Shown: positions 1 through 7,185, numbered from the stretch's first letter. The stretch: DNA of 24,000 nucleotides from Planctomycetales bacterium ZRK34 (GCA_014873095.1 CP050848.1:2515850-2539849); one strand, 5' to 3'. Program-made: numbers and translations. Notes: generated by a model from the sequence alone, not told the origin.

Positions 1-2
1 AC

Positions 3-503
3 CTGGGGCGCGACATCCCGACGTCGTACTTCGCCATCTGCGACATGCAGTATCCTTCCCGCCGCAACTTCAAAGGCCTGCTGGCCATTCACGATGACAA
101 GACCGTCGATCGGCCCAAGGAAGCCTACGCGGCCGTACAGCACCTGACGGCGGTCTTCGACGACACCGTCCAGCGCATCAAGGACTTCGACGCCGACATC
201 ACCGCCGGCGGCGAAGCGAAGGATTACACGGTGTTCGGCTACAGCGCCCCCAAGGGAACGATCGTCACGCTGTGGCGCAGTTCCGACACGCCGGGCAAGA
301 AACCCGAGGTTGAGACCGCGATCGTGACGCTGAAGAACACGACGCTGAAAAACCCTGTCTGGGTGGACCTGCGCACCGGCGATGTCTGCGCGATCGATGC
401 GTCGAATGTGAAAACCACCAGCGGCCACGTGACGATTCATGGCGTGCCGGTGTATGACTCGGTGATTCTGCTGGCTGAGCGCGATGCGATTCCGATGCGC
501 TGA
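3..503 (+). CDS. 3' end of a glycoside hydrolase gene (5' end outside window); C-terminal beta-sandwich region, paralogue of the 7200..8654 product
   Basis: Frame 3 is open from base 3 (LGRDIPTSYFAICD precedes the first Met at 45) to the stop at 501-503. NFKGLL..RPKEAYAAVQHLTAVFD and NPVWVDLRTGDVCAID..VPVYDSVILLAE align with NYKGLL..PKPAFVAYQHLCALFD and KPVLIDPLTGKAYRLD..APLLEYPLLITD of the 7200..8654 protein. Confidence 0.6.
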   Translation: MGRDIPTSYFAICDMQYPSRRNFKGLLAIHDDKTVDRPKEAYAAVQHLTAVFDDTVQRIKDFDADITAGGEAKDYTVFGYSAPKGTIVTLWRSSDTPGKKPEVETAIVTLKNTTLKNPVWVDLRTGDVCAIDASNVKTTSGHVTIHGVPVYDSVILLAERDAIPMR

Positions 504-542
504 TCGCCCGGCTGAATAAAACGTCAATTGCCGCCGTGATAG

Positions 543-582
543 CCGCGGAGCAACGCTCCGCGGACCGCGACGCGTTGCGTCG
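543..582. terminator. two adjacent GC-rich hairpins between convergent genes (possible factor-independent terminators, no U-tract)
   Basis: CCGCGGAG(543-550)/CTCCGCGG(556-563) with a 5-nt loop, then CGACGC(568-573)/GCGTCG(577-582) with a 3-nt loop. They lie between the stop at 503 (+) and the stop at 586 (-). Confidence 0.25.
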
Positions 583-585
583 AGG

Positions 586-1443
586 CTATTGAGGCGTCGG
601 AGTCTTCAGGTACCCCAGCGAGTTTAAAAACGCATCCATCTTCGCGAGGGTGTCACGGTAGAACCGTCCGCCGTGTTCGGTTGGACGGTAGAAGCCGTGC
701 TCGGCATCGTCGTAGAGATACAACTCGCTGCGTGCGCCGACGTCCTGCATCTTCTTCTGAAACGCCTCGGCGGTTTGGACACGGATCACGTGATCCTTGC
801 GCCCGAGAAACACGATGGCCGGCGGCATGCCTTTGCGGATGTTGTGCATCGGGCTGATCTGCTGCCAGTAGGCCTTGACGCGGCCGTACCCGTAGCCGCT
901 TTTGGAGTTGTCATACACGGGGTTGAACAGCACCAGGGCATTGGGCACGGGTGAGATGTTTTGATCGTCGGTGTCTTCGTTGAAGGCGTCGACCACGGCT
1001 GTGGCCGCGGCGACATGACCGCCGGCGGACCCGCCCGACGCGGCGATGCGATCGGGGTCGACACCGAGTTCATCCGCATGGGCTCGCACGTAACGGATGG
1101 CGCTCTTGCCGTCCTTGACGCACTCGATCGGGGTCGTGTGATTCCGCTCCTTGACGCGATACTCCGCCGACGCGGCCCACATGCCGCGCGCGGCCAGATG
1201 GGCGCACTGCGGATAAAACTGCGTGGGCGTGCCGCGGTTCCACCCGCCGCCGAAGAAGAACACGATCGCCGCGGCGCGGTCGCCCTCGGCGCGGCCCGCC
1301 GGTTCGAACACGTGAAGCTTCAACTCCACATCGCCGACCGTCTTGTACGTGATGATCCGCGTCGGTTGCGGCAGGGTATCCTCCGCCCGCACGTGGTCGG
1401 CGGACAGACAACACATCAGCATGAAGCAGACAACACAACGCAT
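586..1443 (-). CDS. secreted alpha/beta-hydrolase, esterase/lipase-like (probable carbohydrate esterase)
   Basis: ORF 586..1659 trimmed to the ATG at 1443, which gives a signal-like N-terminus (MRCVVCFMLMCCLSADHVRA). The longer form would overlap the upstream gene ending at 1451. Motifs: FFFGGGW oxyanion-hole type, GGSAGGH nucleophile elbow, C-terminal DDAEHGF. Confidence 0.8.
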   Translation of the reverse strand: MRCVVCFMLMCCLSADHVRAEDTLPQPTRIITYKTVGDVELKLHVFEPAGRAEGDRAAAIVFFFGGGWNRGTPTQFYPQCAHLAARGMWAASAEYRVKERNHTTPIECVKDGKSAIRYVRAHADELGVDPDRIAASGGSAGGHVAAATAVVDAFNEDTDDQNISPVPNALVLFNPVYDNSKSGYGYGRVKAYWQQISPMHNIRKGMPPAIVFLGRKDHVIRVQTAEAFQKKMQDVGARSELYLYDDAEHGFYRPTEHGGRFYRDTLAKMDAFLNSLGYLKTPTPQ

Positions 1444-1450
1444 ACGACAA

Positions 1451-2296
1451 TCAATACCCATACGCCGACGCCGGTGGATCATACTCGCCGAGGTCTTGTT
1501 GGTACATGTAAGCGGCGCGCGAACCATTGGTGGACCACGAGTGGATGTAGATGGTGTCCTTGAAGTCGACCCAACCGGCCGAGCCGTCGACGTAGACCTG
1601 GTTGCCGCCTTCGGGGCGGCCGTCGGCGTGGTTCGACTTGTGCGAGGGCAGGTCGACATAGGCGTACGGCGAGGATGAACTGCTGCCCTGGCCCCAGGCG
1701 TAGTCGATTTTGATCATGCTGTCAGTGGCGAGCACCCAACTGCCGCGCGCGTTGCTGACGGTCACGGGACTGCGCGACCGAATCCCGCCGGGGTTCGACG
1801 GGTTGTACCACTTGGTGATGCCGCCGAAGTAGGAGTAGTTGGTGGTGATGACCGGCTTGCCGGAGGAGGTGGCCTGGTACTGGGTTTTAAACTCGCGGCT
1901 GGGGCAGTCCCATACCGGGGCGTCGACGGGTGTGCCGTCGACGATGGTGATCGACGGGTCGATCTTGGCGATGGTGCCGAGCCGTTCCCATTCGCCGATC
2001 CAGTTCTTCGCGGCGTCGAATTTTGACCAGTCCTTGCTGCTGTCCGAGGCGTAAGCGCCCGAGCTGGTGATGTTCAACTGGACATTTCGCCGGGCGCAGG
2101 GGATGTAGTTGCCCTTGTTGCTGACGGTATACATGGTCGCGGCGGTGCCGATTTCGTGTAGATGCGCCGCACAGACCGAGCGCTTGGCCACCTCGCGGGC
2201 ACGACTCAGCGACGGCAGCAGAATCGCGATCAACAGCGCAATGATCGACACGACCACGAGCAACTCGATCAGTGTGAAACCTTGTCGGCGCATCAT
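1451..2296 (-). CDS. prepilin-type N-terminal cleavage/methylation domain protein (type II secretion pseudopilin-like, DUF1559-like)
   Basis: Start ATGATG at 2296 is preceded by GGAAAAG. The leader MMRRQG|[22 protein letters not shown] is a classic class III signal, followed by [18 protein letters not shown]. The C-terminus [21 protein letters not shown] resembles the H-X9-DG end of DUF1559 proteins. Confidence 0.85.
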   Translation of the reverse strand: MMRRQGFTLIELLVVVSIIALLIAILLPSLSRAREVAKRSVCAAHLHEIGTAATMYTVSNKGNYIPCARRNVQLNITSSGAYASDSSKDWSKFDAAKNWIGEWERLGTIAKIDPSITIVDGTPVDAPVWDCPSREFKTQYQATSSGKPVITTNYSYFGGITKWYNPSNPGGIRSRSPVTVSNARGSWVLATDSMIKIDYAWGQGSSSSSPYAYVDLPSHKSNHADGRPEGGNQVYVDGSAGWVDFKDTIYIHSWSTNGSRAAYMYQQDLGEYDPPASAYGY

Positions 2297-2307
2297 TACT
2301 TTTCCTG

Positions 2308-2334
2308 AAGCCCACGGATCCAATCCGTGGGCTT
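2308..2334 (-). repeat. 27-nt perfect palindrome/hairpin, copy A (AAGCCCACGGAT-CCA-ATCCGTGGGCTT)
   Basis: 12-bp perfect stem, 2308-2319 pairing with 2323-2334. It fills the 45-nt gap between the PEP-CTERM stop (2342) and the pilin-like start (2296). Copy A matches 9893..9919 at 26 of 27 positions. Confidence 0.8.
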
Positions 2335-2341
2335 TGACTGT

Positions 2342-3592
2342 TCAATCTGAACGTCGGCGCAGTCCCATCAGGCCCAGCATCATCACGCCGGCGCCCAGCG
2401 CGGTCGGCGTCGGAATCGCCACGAGGTCGAATCCGTTGATGACGTTCGCGCCGGAGCCTGCATCGGTGATTCGGAAGATCACATCGTTCAGGCCGTCGGC
2501 CTGCAAGTAAAAGCTGCCGAAACCGAAGGGATCGGGGCTCGACCCGGTGGAGTAATCAACATTCAGCGCGCCGGTGAGGAAGGTCGATCCACCGTCGGTG
2601 CTGTAGAGGATGTCCACCGTGCCGTGATCGACCACTTTGTCGTGAAAATACCCGGTGAATTCATAGGTGCCGGCGTCGAGATTGCTGACGGTGATGTCGA
2701 GGTTCGTGGCCTGATTGAACACGAAATCGCGCAGCAGGTCGGACCTGTCAGGATCTGTCGTGACCGGCCCGCGATCGCGGTCGGGGTTTGCGCTGAAGGG
2801 GCCGACGGAAATATCGACGGTGCCGACATCAGTCGCCACGCCGGTGACACCCGACTGCGTCACGGACAGGTAGCCCGTCTGGGTGTAGCTGACGCCGGCG
2901 TCGTTGTCGCCGGACACCTCGTTGTCGTTGTCGTTGAAGTCGACGTAGAGCCCTTTGCGGCGGTCGAGCGTGAAAGCGTTGATCAGGTCCGCCTTGGTGG
3001 AGTTCGGATTGAACACGCGGACGATCACATCGTTGACGCCGTCGGCATAGAAGGAGAAGTCGCCTTTACCGATCGCGGCGACGCTGGTGCCGGTGGTGTA
3101 GGCCACGTCATCGATGACCTGCACAAAGCTGGACCCGGTGCCGGTGGTGTCGACGAACAGGTCGGCGACGCCCTGGTTGTTGCCGGAATCGTGGAAGAAC
3201 CCAGTGAACTTGTAATGACCGGCCGACAGGTCGGAGAGGGTGATCAGCAGGCCGTTGGTGGCGGCGGGGGTGAACACGAAGTCGCGGGCCAGGCCGCCGA
3301 ACCCATCGCCCGCGGTGATTGTCTCCCGATCGAAGAAGCGCGTGTCCGTACCCGAGAGGGTGACATCCACGGTGCCGCTGACGCCGAAATTCGCCGACAG
3401 GCCGGTGAAGGAATACGAATCGGTGCCGGCGTCCTGACTGCCCGATAGGCTGATGTAACCGGCGGGATGGGTGTTGTCATCGTCGCCGGCCTCTTCGAAG
3501 TCGATCATGAGAGCCGCCCGAACCGGCATGGCGATCAACATGACAAACGCCGACACGATTGCGATCTGGTAGATCCGTTGCATCATATTCAT
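2342..3592 (-). CDS. PEP-CTERM-anchored protein with two tandem copies of an unassigned beta-rich domain
   Basis: Start at 3592 (MNMMQRIYQIAIVSAFVMLIAMPVRA signal peptide; ATG at 3586 also possible), directly after GAAAGAGG. The C-terminus IPTPTALGAGVMMLGLMGLRRRSD has the sorting-signal layout: motif, hydrophobic helix, Arg cluster. Internal repeat: LARDFVFTPAATNGLLITLSDLSAGHYKFTGFFHD.. versus LLRDFVFNQATNLDITVSNLDAGTYEFTGYFHD.. Confidence 0.8.
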   Translation of the reverse strand: MNMMQRIYQIAIVSAFVMLIAMPVRAALMIDFEEAGDDDNTHPAGYISLSGSQDAGTDSYSFTGLSANFGVSGTVDVTLSGTDTRFFDRETITAGDGFGGLARDFVFTPAATNGLLITLSDLSAGHYKFTGFFHDSGNNQGVADLFVDTTGTGSSFVQVIDDVAYTTGTSVAAIGKGDFSFYADGVNDVIVRVFNPNSTKADLINAFTLDRRKGLYVDFNDNDNEVSGDNDAGVSYTQTGYLSVTQSGVTGVATDVGTVDISVGPFSANPDRDRGPVTTDPDRSDLLRDFVFNQATNLDITVSNLDAGTYEFTGYFHDKVVDHGTVDILYSTDGGSTFLTGALNVDYSTGSSPDPFGFGSFYLQADGLNDVIFRITDAGSGANVINGFDLVAIPTPTALGAGVMMLGLMGLRRRSD

Positions 3593-3599
3593 CCTCTTT

Positions 3600-4949
3600 C
3601 TACTGGGGCTGCAAAGCGGGCTTCGACAGCCCGGTGGTCTCATCGTTTTCAGGCAGCGGGGTGGCGGCGATGCCATAGGTTCCCGCCTGCGGATTGGGCT
3701 CGGCCTGAACCGGTCCGAAAGTCACGCGACCAGCCTCGGGCACATTCATCGCCCAGATGGTGTAAGGCACATCAATCGATTGACCGGGACCGATGGCGAG
3801 CGGCTTGCCGCCGGCGGCGGCGTCGAGGCCGATCTTCCAGCCGGTGTCGACAAAGCCCTGCTCGGTGACCCAGGTCGGCACCGGGCAGCGATCGCTTAGA
3901 AAGACATACAGCCGTGCGGGGCGCGACAGCGTGACGGTGACATGCAGGTCGTACTTGTTTTTGTCGGACATGGCTGTGCGGACATAGTCAGCGCCGTGCA
4001 GCGCCGCCGGCATGCCTGAATCATCCAGGCCGTTCCACTGGTAATTGCGGTCCGAGTGAGCCGGCGCGTCTTCGTTCAGCGCGTGGTGCTCGATGGTGTA
4101 TTCATGACCGCTGTTGGATTCGACGTCGACGATCAGCAGGTTCTGCCGAACGCTGGCGATGCCCTGATCGTTGAGGCTGACTTCATCACCGGCCAGGAAG
4201 TTGCGGTTCAAACCGTTGATATCCAGCACGGCCACGCGCCCTTCGATCACGCGGACGATCGTGTCGTTCGGCGGATCGACCGTCACCTCGAAGGCTGTGC
4301 CCAGGTCGACGATCGAGCCGTGCGGCGTGGCGAGGGTGAAACCCGACGCGGCGGTCGGAACGAACGCCCGCACTTCGCCATGACGAAGCTGCCCGCGATT
4401 AGGGCCGACGATTTCGAATTCACAGGGACCGACCAGATCGACCACGGCCGTGGAATCGAACATCACCTGCGCCGTGCCGGAAACCAGTCGAATCGGCCCC
4501 GCGCTCAACCGCCCGCCAAGCGAGGTCGGTTGTGAATCATCCGCGAAGACGGCGCCATGGCTGTTGGTCAACAAGGCGACGGCGCTGGGGCCCTGTACTG
4601 CCGCAGGCGCAGGCTGCTGGGGTGAGTTCGTAGTCGTGGTAATCAACCCGATCAAACCCACCAGGCAGATCAGCGCCGCCATGGCCGCGACCGGCTGCCA
4701 CCGCCAACTGTGATGCGCCGGTGACTGTGAATCGACCTCGTTGTATCCATTCCACCACGCTGAATCGTCGGACTCCGACCCGGTCGTCAGGCTGATCGGC
4801 TCGCGCAGATGCTGATCGATCACGGCGCGGTCCAGCAGTTGACGTCGCAGCGCCGGATCGCTCCGCAGAACAGTCTGCAGATCGTCAAAACGCGCCGCGG
4901 TGATGCGGTCGTCCAGGTATTCAGAAATCAGTTCGGCGTGATCAATCAC
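3600..4949 (-). CDS. FecR-type transmembrane anti-sigma factor with an extra uncharacterised C-terminal domain
   Basis: GTG start at 4949 overlaps the sigma stop (GTGATTGA). N-terminal anti-sigma helix region (ELISEYLDDRITAARFDDLQTVLRSDPALRRQLLD). One TM segment (VAAMAALICLVGLIGLI). FecR-like core (GFTLATPHGSIVDLGTAFEVTVDP..VRVIEGRVAV). About 170 further residues have no motif I can assign. Confidence 0.8.
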   Translation of the reverse strand: MIDHAELISEYLDDRITAARFDDLQTVLRSDPALRRQLLDRAVIDQHLREPISLTTGSESDDSAWWNGYNEVDSQSPAHHSWRWQPVAAMAALICLVGLIGLITTTTNSPQQPAPAAVQGPSAVALLTNSHGAVFADDSQPTSLGGRLSAGPIRLVSGTAQVMFDSTAVVDLVGPCEFEIVGPNRGQLRHGEVRAFVPTAASGFTLATPHGSIVDLGTAFEVTVDPPNDTIVRVIEGRVAVLDINGLNRNFLAGDEVSLNDQGIASVRQNLLIVDVESNSGHEYTIEHHALNEDAPAHSDRNYQWNGLDDSGMPAALHGADYVRTAMSDKNKYDLHVTVTLSRPARLYVFLSDRCPVPTWVTEQGFVDTGWKIGLDAAAGGKPLAIGPGQSIDVPYTIWAMNVPEAGRVTFGPVQAEPNPQAGTYGIAATPLPENDETTGLSKPALQPQ

Positions 4950-5478
4950 CGGTCTTCTCCTGCGGCGGGGTCAACCGGTCCTGAATGCAGCGGGCCAGGG
5001 TTTCACGGATGCGGTGCAGCGCCACGTAAATCGCATTGGGCGTCATGCTCAGTCGGTCGGCCATCTTCTGGATCGAAAGATTCTCCCGGTAGCGCATGGC
5101 GATGATGCTTCGCGAGCGGTCGACCAAGGCTTCGAGGCACTCGGCCAGCGCCAGCTTGCGATCGGTCATCTGATCGGTCAGCAGCTCGGCGTCAGCGGCA
5201 AGCTGATCCATCAGGTCCGGGGCGAAGACCAGCCGATCGCGACGGTGGCGGCGGAGGTGATCGACCGCTTCGTGACGGGCGATCGCCATGACCCACGACA
5301 TGAACGGCCGCTCGGGGTCGTACTGATCGATCTTCGTCGCCGCCTTCAGGGCCGCGGACTGCAACACGTCTTCAGCATCCGAGGCCGACCGCAGAATCGT
5401 CAGCAGATACGTCATCACCACCGGCTGGGCCTTGACCCAGTGGCGGGCAAACAGTTCATTGCGTTTCTGCTCTGTCAT
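4942..5478 (-). CDS. ECF (group 4) RNA polymerase sigma-70 family factor
   Basis: Region 2 (DAEDVLQSAALKAATKIDQYDPERPFMSWVMAIARHEAVDHLRR) and region 4 HTH (LSIQKMADRLSMTPNAIYVALHRIRETLARCI). The ATG at 5478 is preferred over the TTG at 5517 listed in the ORF track. Confidence 0.85.
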   Translation of the reverse strand: MTEQKRNELFARHWVKAQPVVMTYLLTILRSASDAEDVLQSAALKAATKIDQYDPERPFMSWVMAIARHEAVDHLRRHRRDRLVFAPDLMDQLAADAELLTDQMTDRKLALAECLEALVDRSRSIIAMRYRENLSIQKMADRLSMTPNAIYVALHRIRETLARCIQDRLTPPQEKTGD

Positions 5479-5568
5479 GCCTTCTACCGTAAGATACTGA
5501 ACTGCATCGTGTTGCAAAACATCTGCAACCTTGTCCGAGCTGCGATGGCACGCTGTGCCGTCAATACA

Positions 5569-5594
5569 TACGTCAGGGCCGACTGTTTCTTACA
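5569..5594 (-). promoter_or_regulatory. candidate ECF-type promoter of the sigma/anti-sigma operon (TGTAAG-N16-CGTA)
   Basis: Minus strand reads TGTAAG (5594-5589), AAACAGTCGGCCCTGA (16 nt), CGTA (5572-5569). The 13 fixed positions and the spacing are identical to the divergent site at 5636..5661. Confidence 0.55.
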
Positions 5595-5635
5595 ACGTTT
5601 CGGTGGGTTTTTTTCTGCCTTTTTATCAACGGGCC

Positions 5636-5661
5636 TGTAAGAAATGTGTCGCTGCATCGTA
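5636..5661 (+). promoter_or_regulatory. candidate ECF-type promoter of the GH28 operon (TGTAAG-N16-CGTA)
   Basis: Plus strand reads TGTAAG (5636-5641), AAATGTGTCGCTGCAT (16 nt), CGTA (5658-5661). It sits about 55 nt upstream of the GH28 ATG at 5716. It is the mirror partner of 5569..5594. Confidence 0.55.
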
Positions 5662-5715
5662 CGACCTGTCAGAGGCTTGCGTAATCGACGCGGCAACCAG
5701 CGACCGGAGGCTTGC

Positions 5716-7185
5716 ATGTTTGTCGGACGGGCTGTCAGCAGGGGCGTGCGGGGGGTAGGGTGGTTGATGTTTGCGATGGTGGTGGTCGGGTTGTGCCGAC
5801 CTTTGAGCGCGGAGATCGATCCGCGGTTGGATGTGGCGCGCGATGCACCGGCCGAGATCGCCCCGCTGAATACGCCATTCGACATGCCGCAACTTCAGCG
5901 GCCGAAGTTCGCCGACCGGACGTTCAACATCCGCGACTACGGGGCTGAACTCGGCGGCGAGAAGATGTGCACCGAGGCGATCGCCAAAGCCATCGACGCC
6001 TGCGCCAAAGCCGGCGGCGGGCGCGTGCTGGTGCCCGAAGGCGACTGGCTGACCGGGCCGATCCATTTGCAAAGCAACGTGAATCTTCATCTGGCCGACG
6101 GCGCGGTCGTGCGGTTCAGTCAGAAATTCGAAGATTACCTGCCCGTCGTGCTGATCCAGCGCGGCGGCGTGCGATGCTACAACTACTCGCCGCTGATCTA
6201 CGCGCGCGATTGTGAGAACATCGCCGTCACCGGCGAAGGCGACGCCACGCTGGACGGGCAGGGCAAAGTCTGGTGGCCGTGGAAGAAAAAGCAGCCGGGC
6301 ATGAAATGGCTGCTGTCAGATGAAGGCGGCAAGGCCCCGCTGGAAGAGCGCGTCTTCGGCACGCCCGAGCAGGGGGTGCGCCCGCCGTTCGTGCAGTTTT
6401 ACAGTTGTCGCAACGTGCTGCTGGAAGGCTTCACGATTACGAACACGCCTTCGTGGACACTGCACCCGGTGTACTGCGAAAACGTGATCGTGCGTCGGCT
6501 GAATGTACTCACCTACGGCGCGTACAACGGCGACGGCATTGACCCCGATTCGTGTCGCAACATGCTGATCGAGTACTGCTACTTCGACAGCGGCGATGAT
6601 TGCGTCGTGCTCAAAGCCGGTCGAAACCACGACGCCTGGGCGGTCGGTATCCCCTGTGAAAACATCGTGATCCGCCACTGCGCGATGCGGCACGGCCACG
6701 GCGCGATGACGATCGGCAGTGAGATGTCCGCCGGCGTGCGCAATGTGTTGGCCCACGATCTGATCGTCAACGGCACGCAACGCGCCATCTATGTAAAGAC
6801 TCAGCCCGGGCGCGGCGGCATCGTCGAGAATATCCACGTCCGCGATGTCGACATCCTCGGCGTCGGCGGCCAGGCGATCTACCTGAATACACGCTACACA
6901 TCAGGCAACCCGGACTCGCGCCTGCCGATCCTGCGCAACATTCACATCAACAACGTCCGCTGCGAAAAGGCCAAGCGCGCCATCAAAATCCTGGGCCTGT
7001 CCGAACAGTGGATCGAAAATGTCAGCTTCACCGACCTGAAGATTCACGCGGACAAAGGCGTCGAGACGCGCTACGTTCGCGGGCTGCGCTTTGATCGGGT
7101 GAAGATCATCACGGACGATTCGCCGGTGTTCACCATGCAGGACACCGAAGTGATTAAACCTGCTTCCGACTTACCTTCCAACTGA
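5716..7185 (+). CDS. glycoside hydrolase family 28 (polygalacturonase/rhamnogalacturonase-like), secreted
   Basis: The ATG at 5716 is preceded by GGAGG with a 6-nt spacer. Signal-like N-terminus (GWLMFAMVVVGLCRPLSA). Beta-helix GH28 signature set: FNIRDYGA, NGDGIDPDS, SGDDCVVLK, HGHGAMTIGSE, RAIYVKT. Confidence 0.9.
   Translation: MFVGRAVSRGVRGVGWLMFAMVVVGLCRPLSAEIDPRLDVARDAPAEIAPLNTPFDMPQLQRPKFADRTFNIRDYGAELGGEKMCTEAIAKAIDACAKAGGGRVLVPEGDWLTGPIHLQSNVNLHLADGAVVRFSQKFEDYLPVVLIQRGGVRCYNYSPLIYARDCENIAVTGEGDATLDGQGKVWWPWKKKQPGMKWLLSDEGGKAPLEERVFGTPEQGVRPPFVQFYSCRNVLLEGFTITNTPSWTLHPVYCENVIVRRLNVLTYGAYNGDGIDPDSCRNMLIEYCYFDSGDDCVVLKAGRNHDAWAVGIPCENIVIRHCAMRHGHGAMTIGSEMSAGVRNVLAHDLIVNGTQRAIYVKTQPGRGGIVENIHVRDVDILGVGGQAIYLNTRYTSGNPDSRLPILRNIHINNVRCEKAKRAIKILGLSEQWIENVSFTDLKIHADKGVETRYVRGLRFDRVKIITDDSPVFTMQDTEVIKPASDLPSN

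Noticed and set aside
1444-1659. N-terminal 72-codon extension of the esterase ORF (586..1659)
   Set aside because: It would overlap the 3' end of the pilin-like gene by more than 200 nt and is Ser/Thr/Pro/Arg low complexity. The ATG at 1443 gives a normal signal peptide and a 7-nt intergenic gap.
2308-2334. Idea that the palindrome is a tRNA T-arm/minihelix mimic or an attachment site
   Set aside because: The loop (AUUGRAU if read as 7 nt) does not fit the T-loop consensus. There is no CCA or acceptor context and no integrase or direct repeats nearby.
5644-5715. Upstream extension of the GH28 ORF from the ATG at 5644
   Set aside because: The ATG lies inside the spacer of the candidate promoter and has no ribosome-binding site. 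The ATG at 5716 has GGAGG at ideal spacing.
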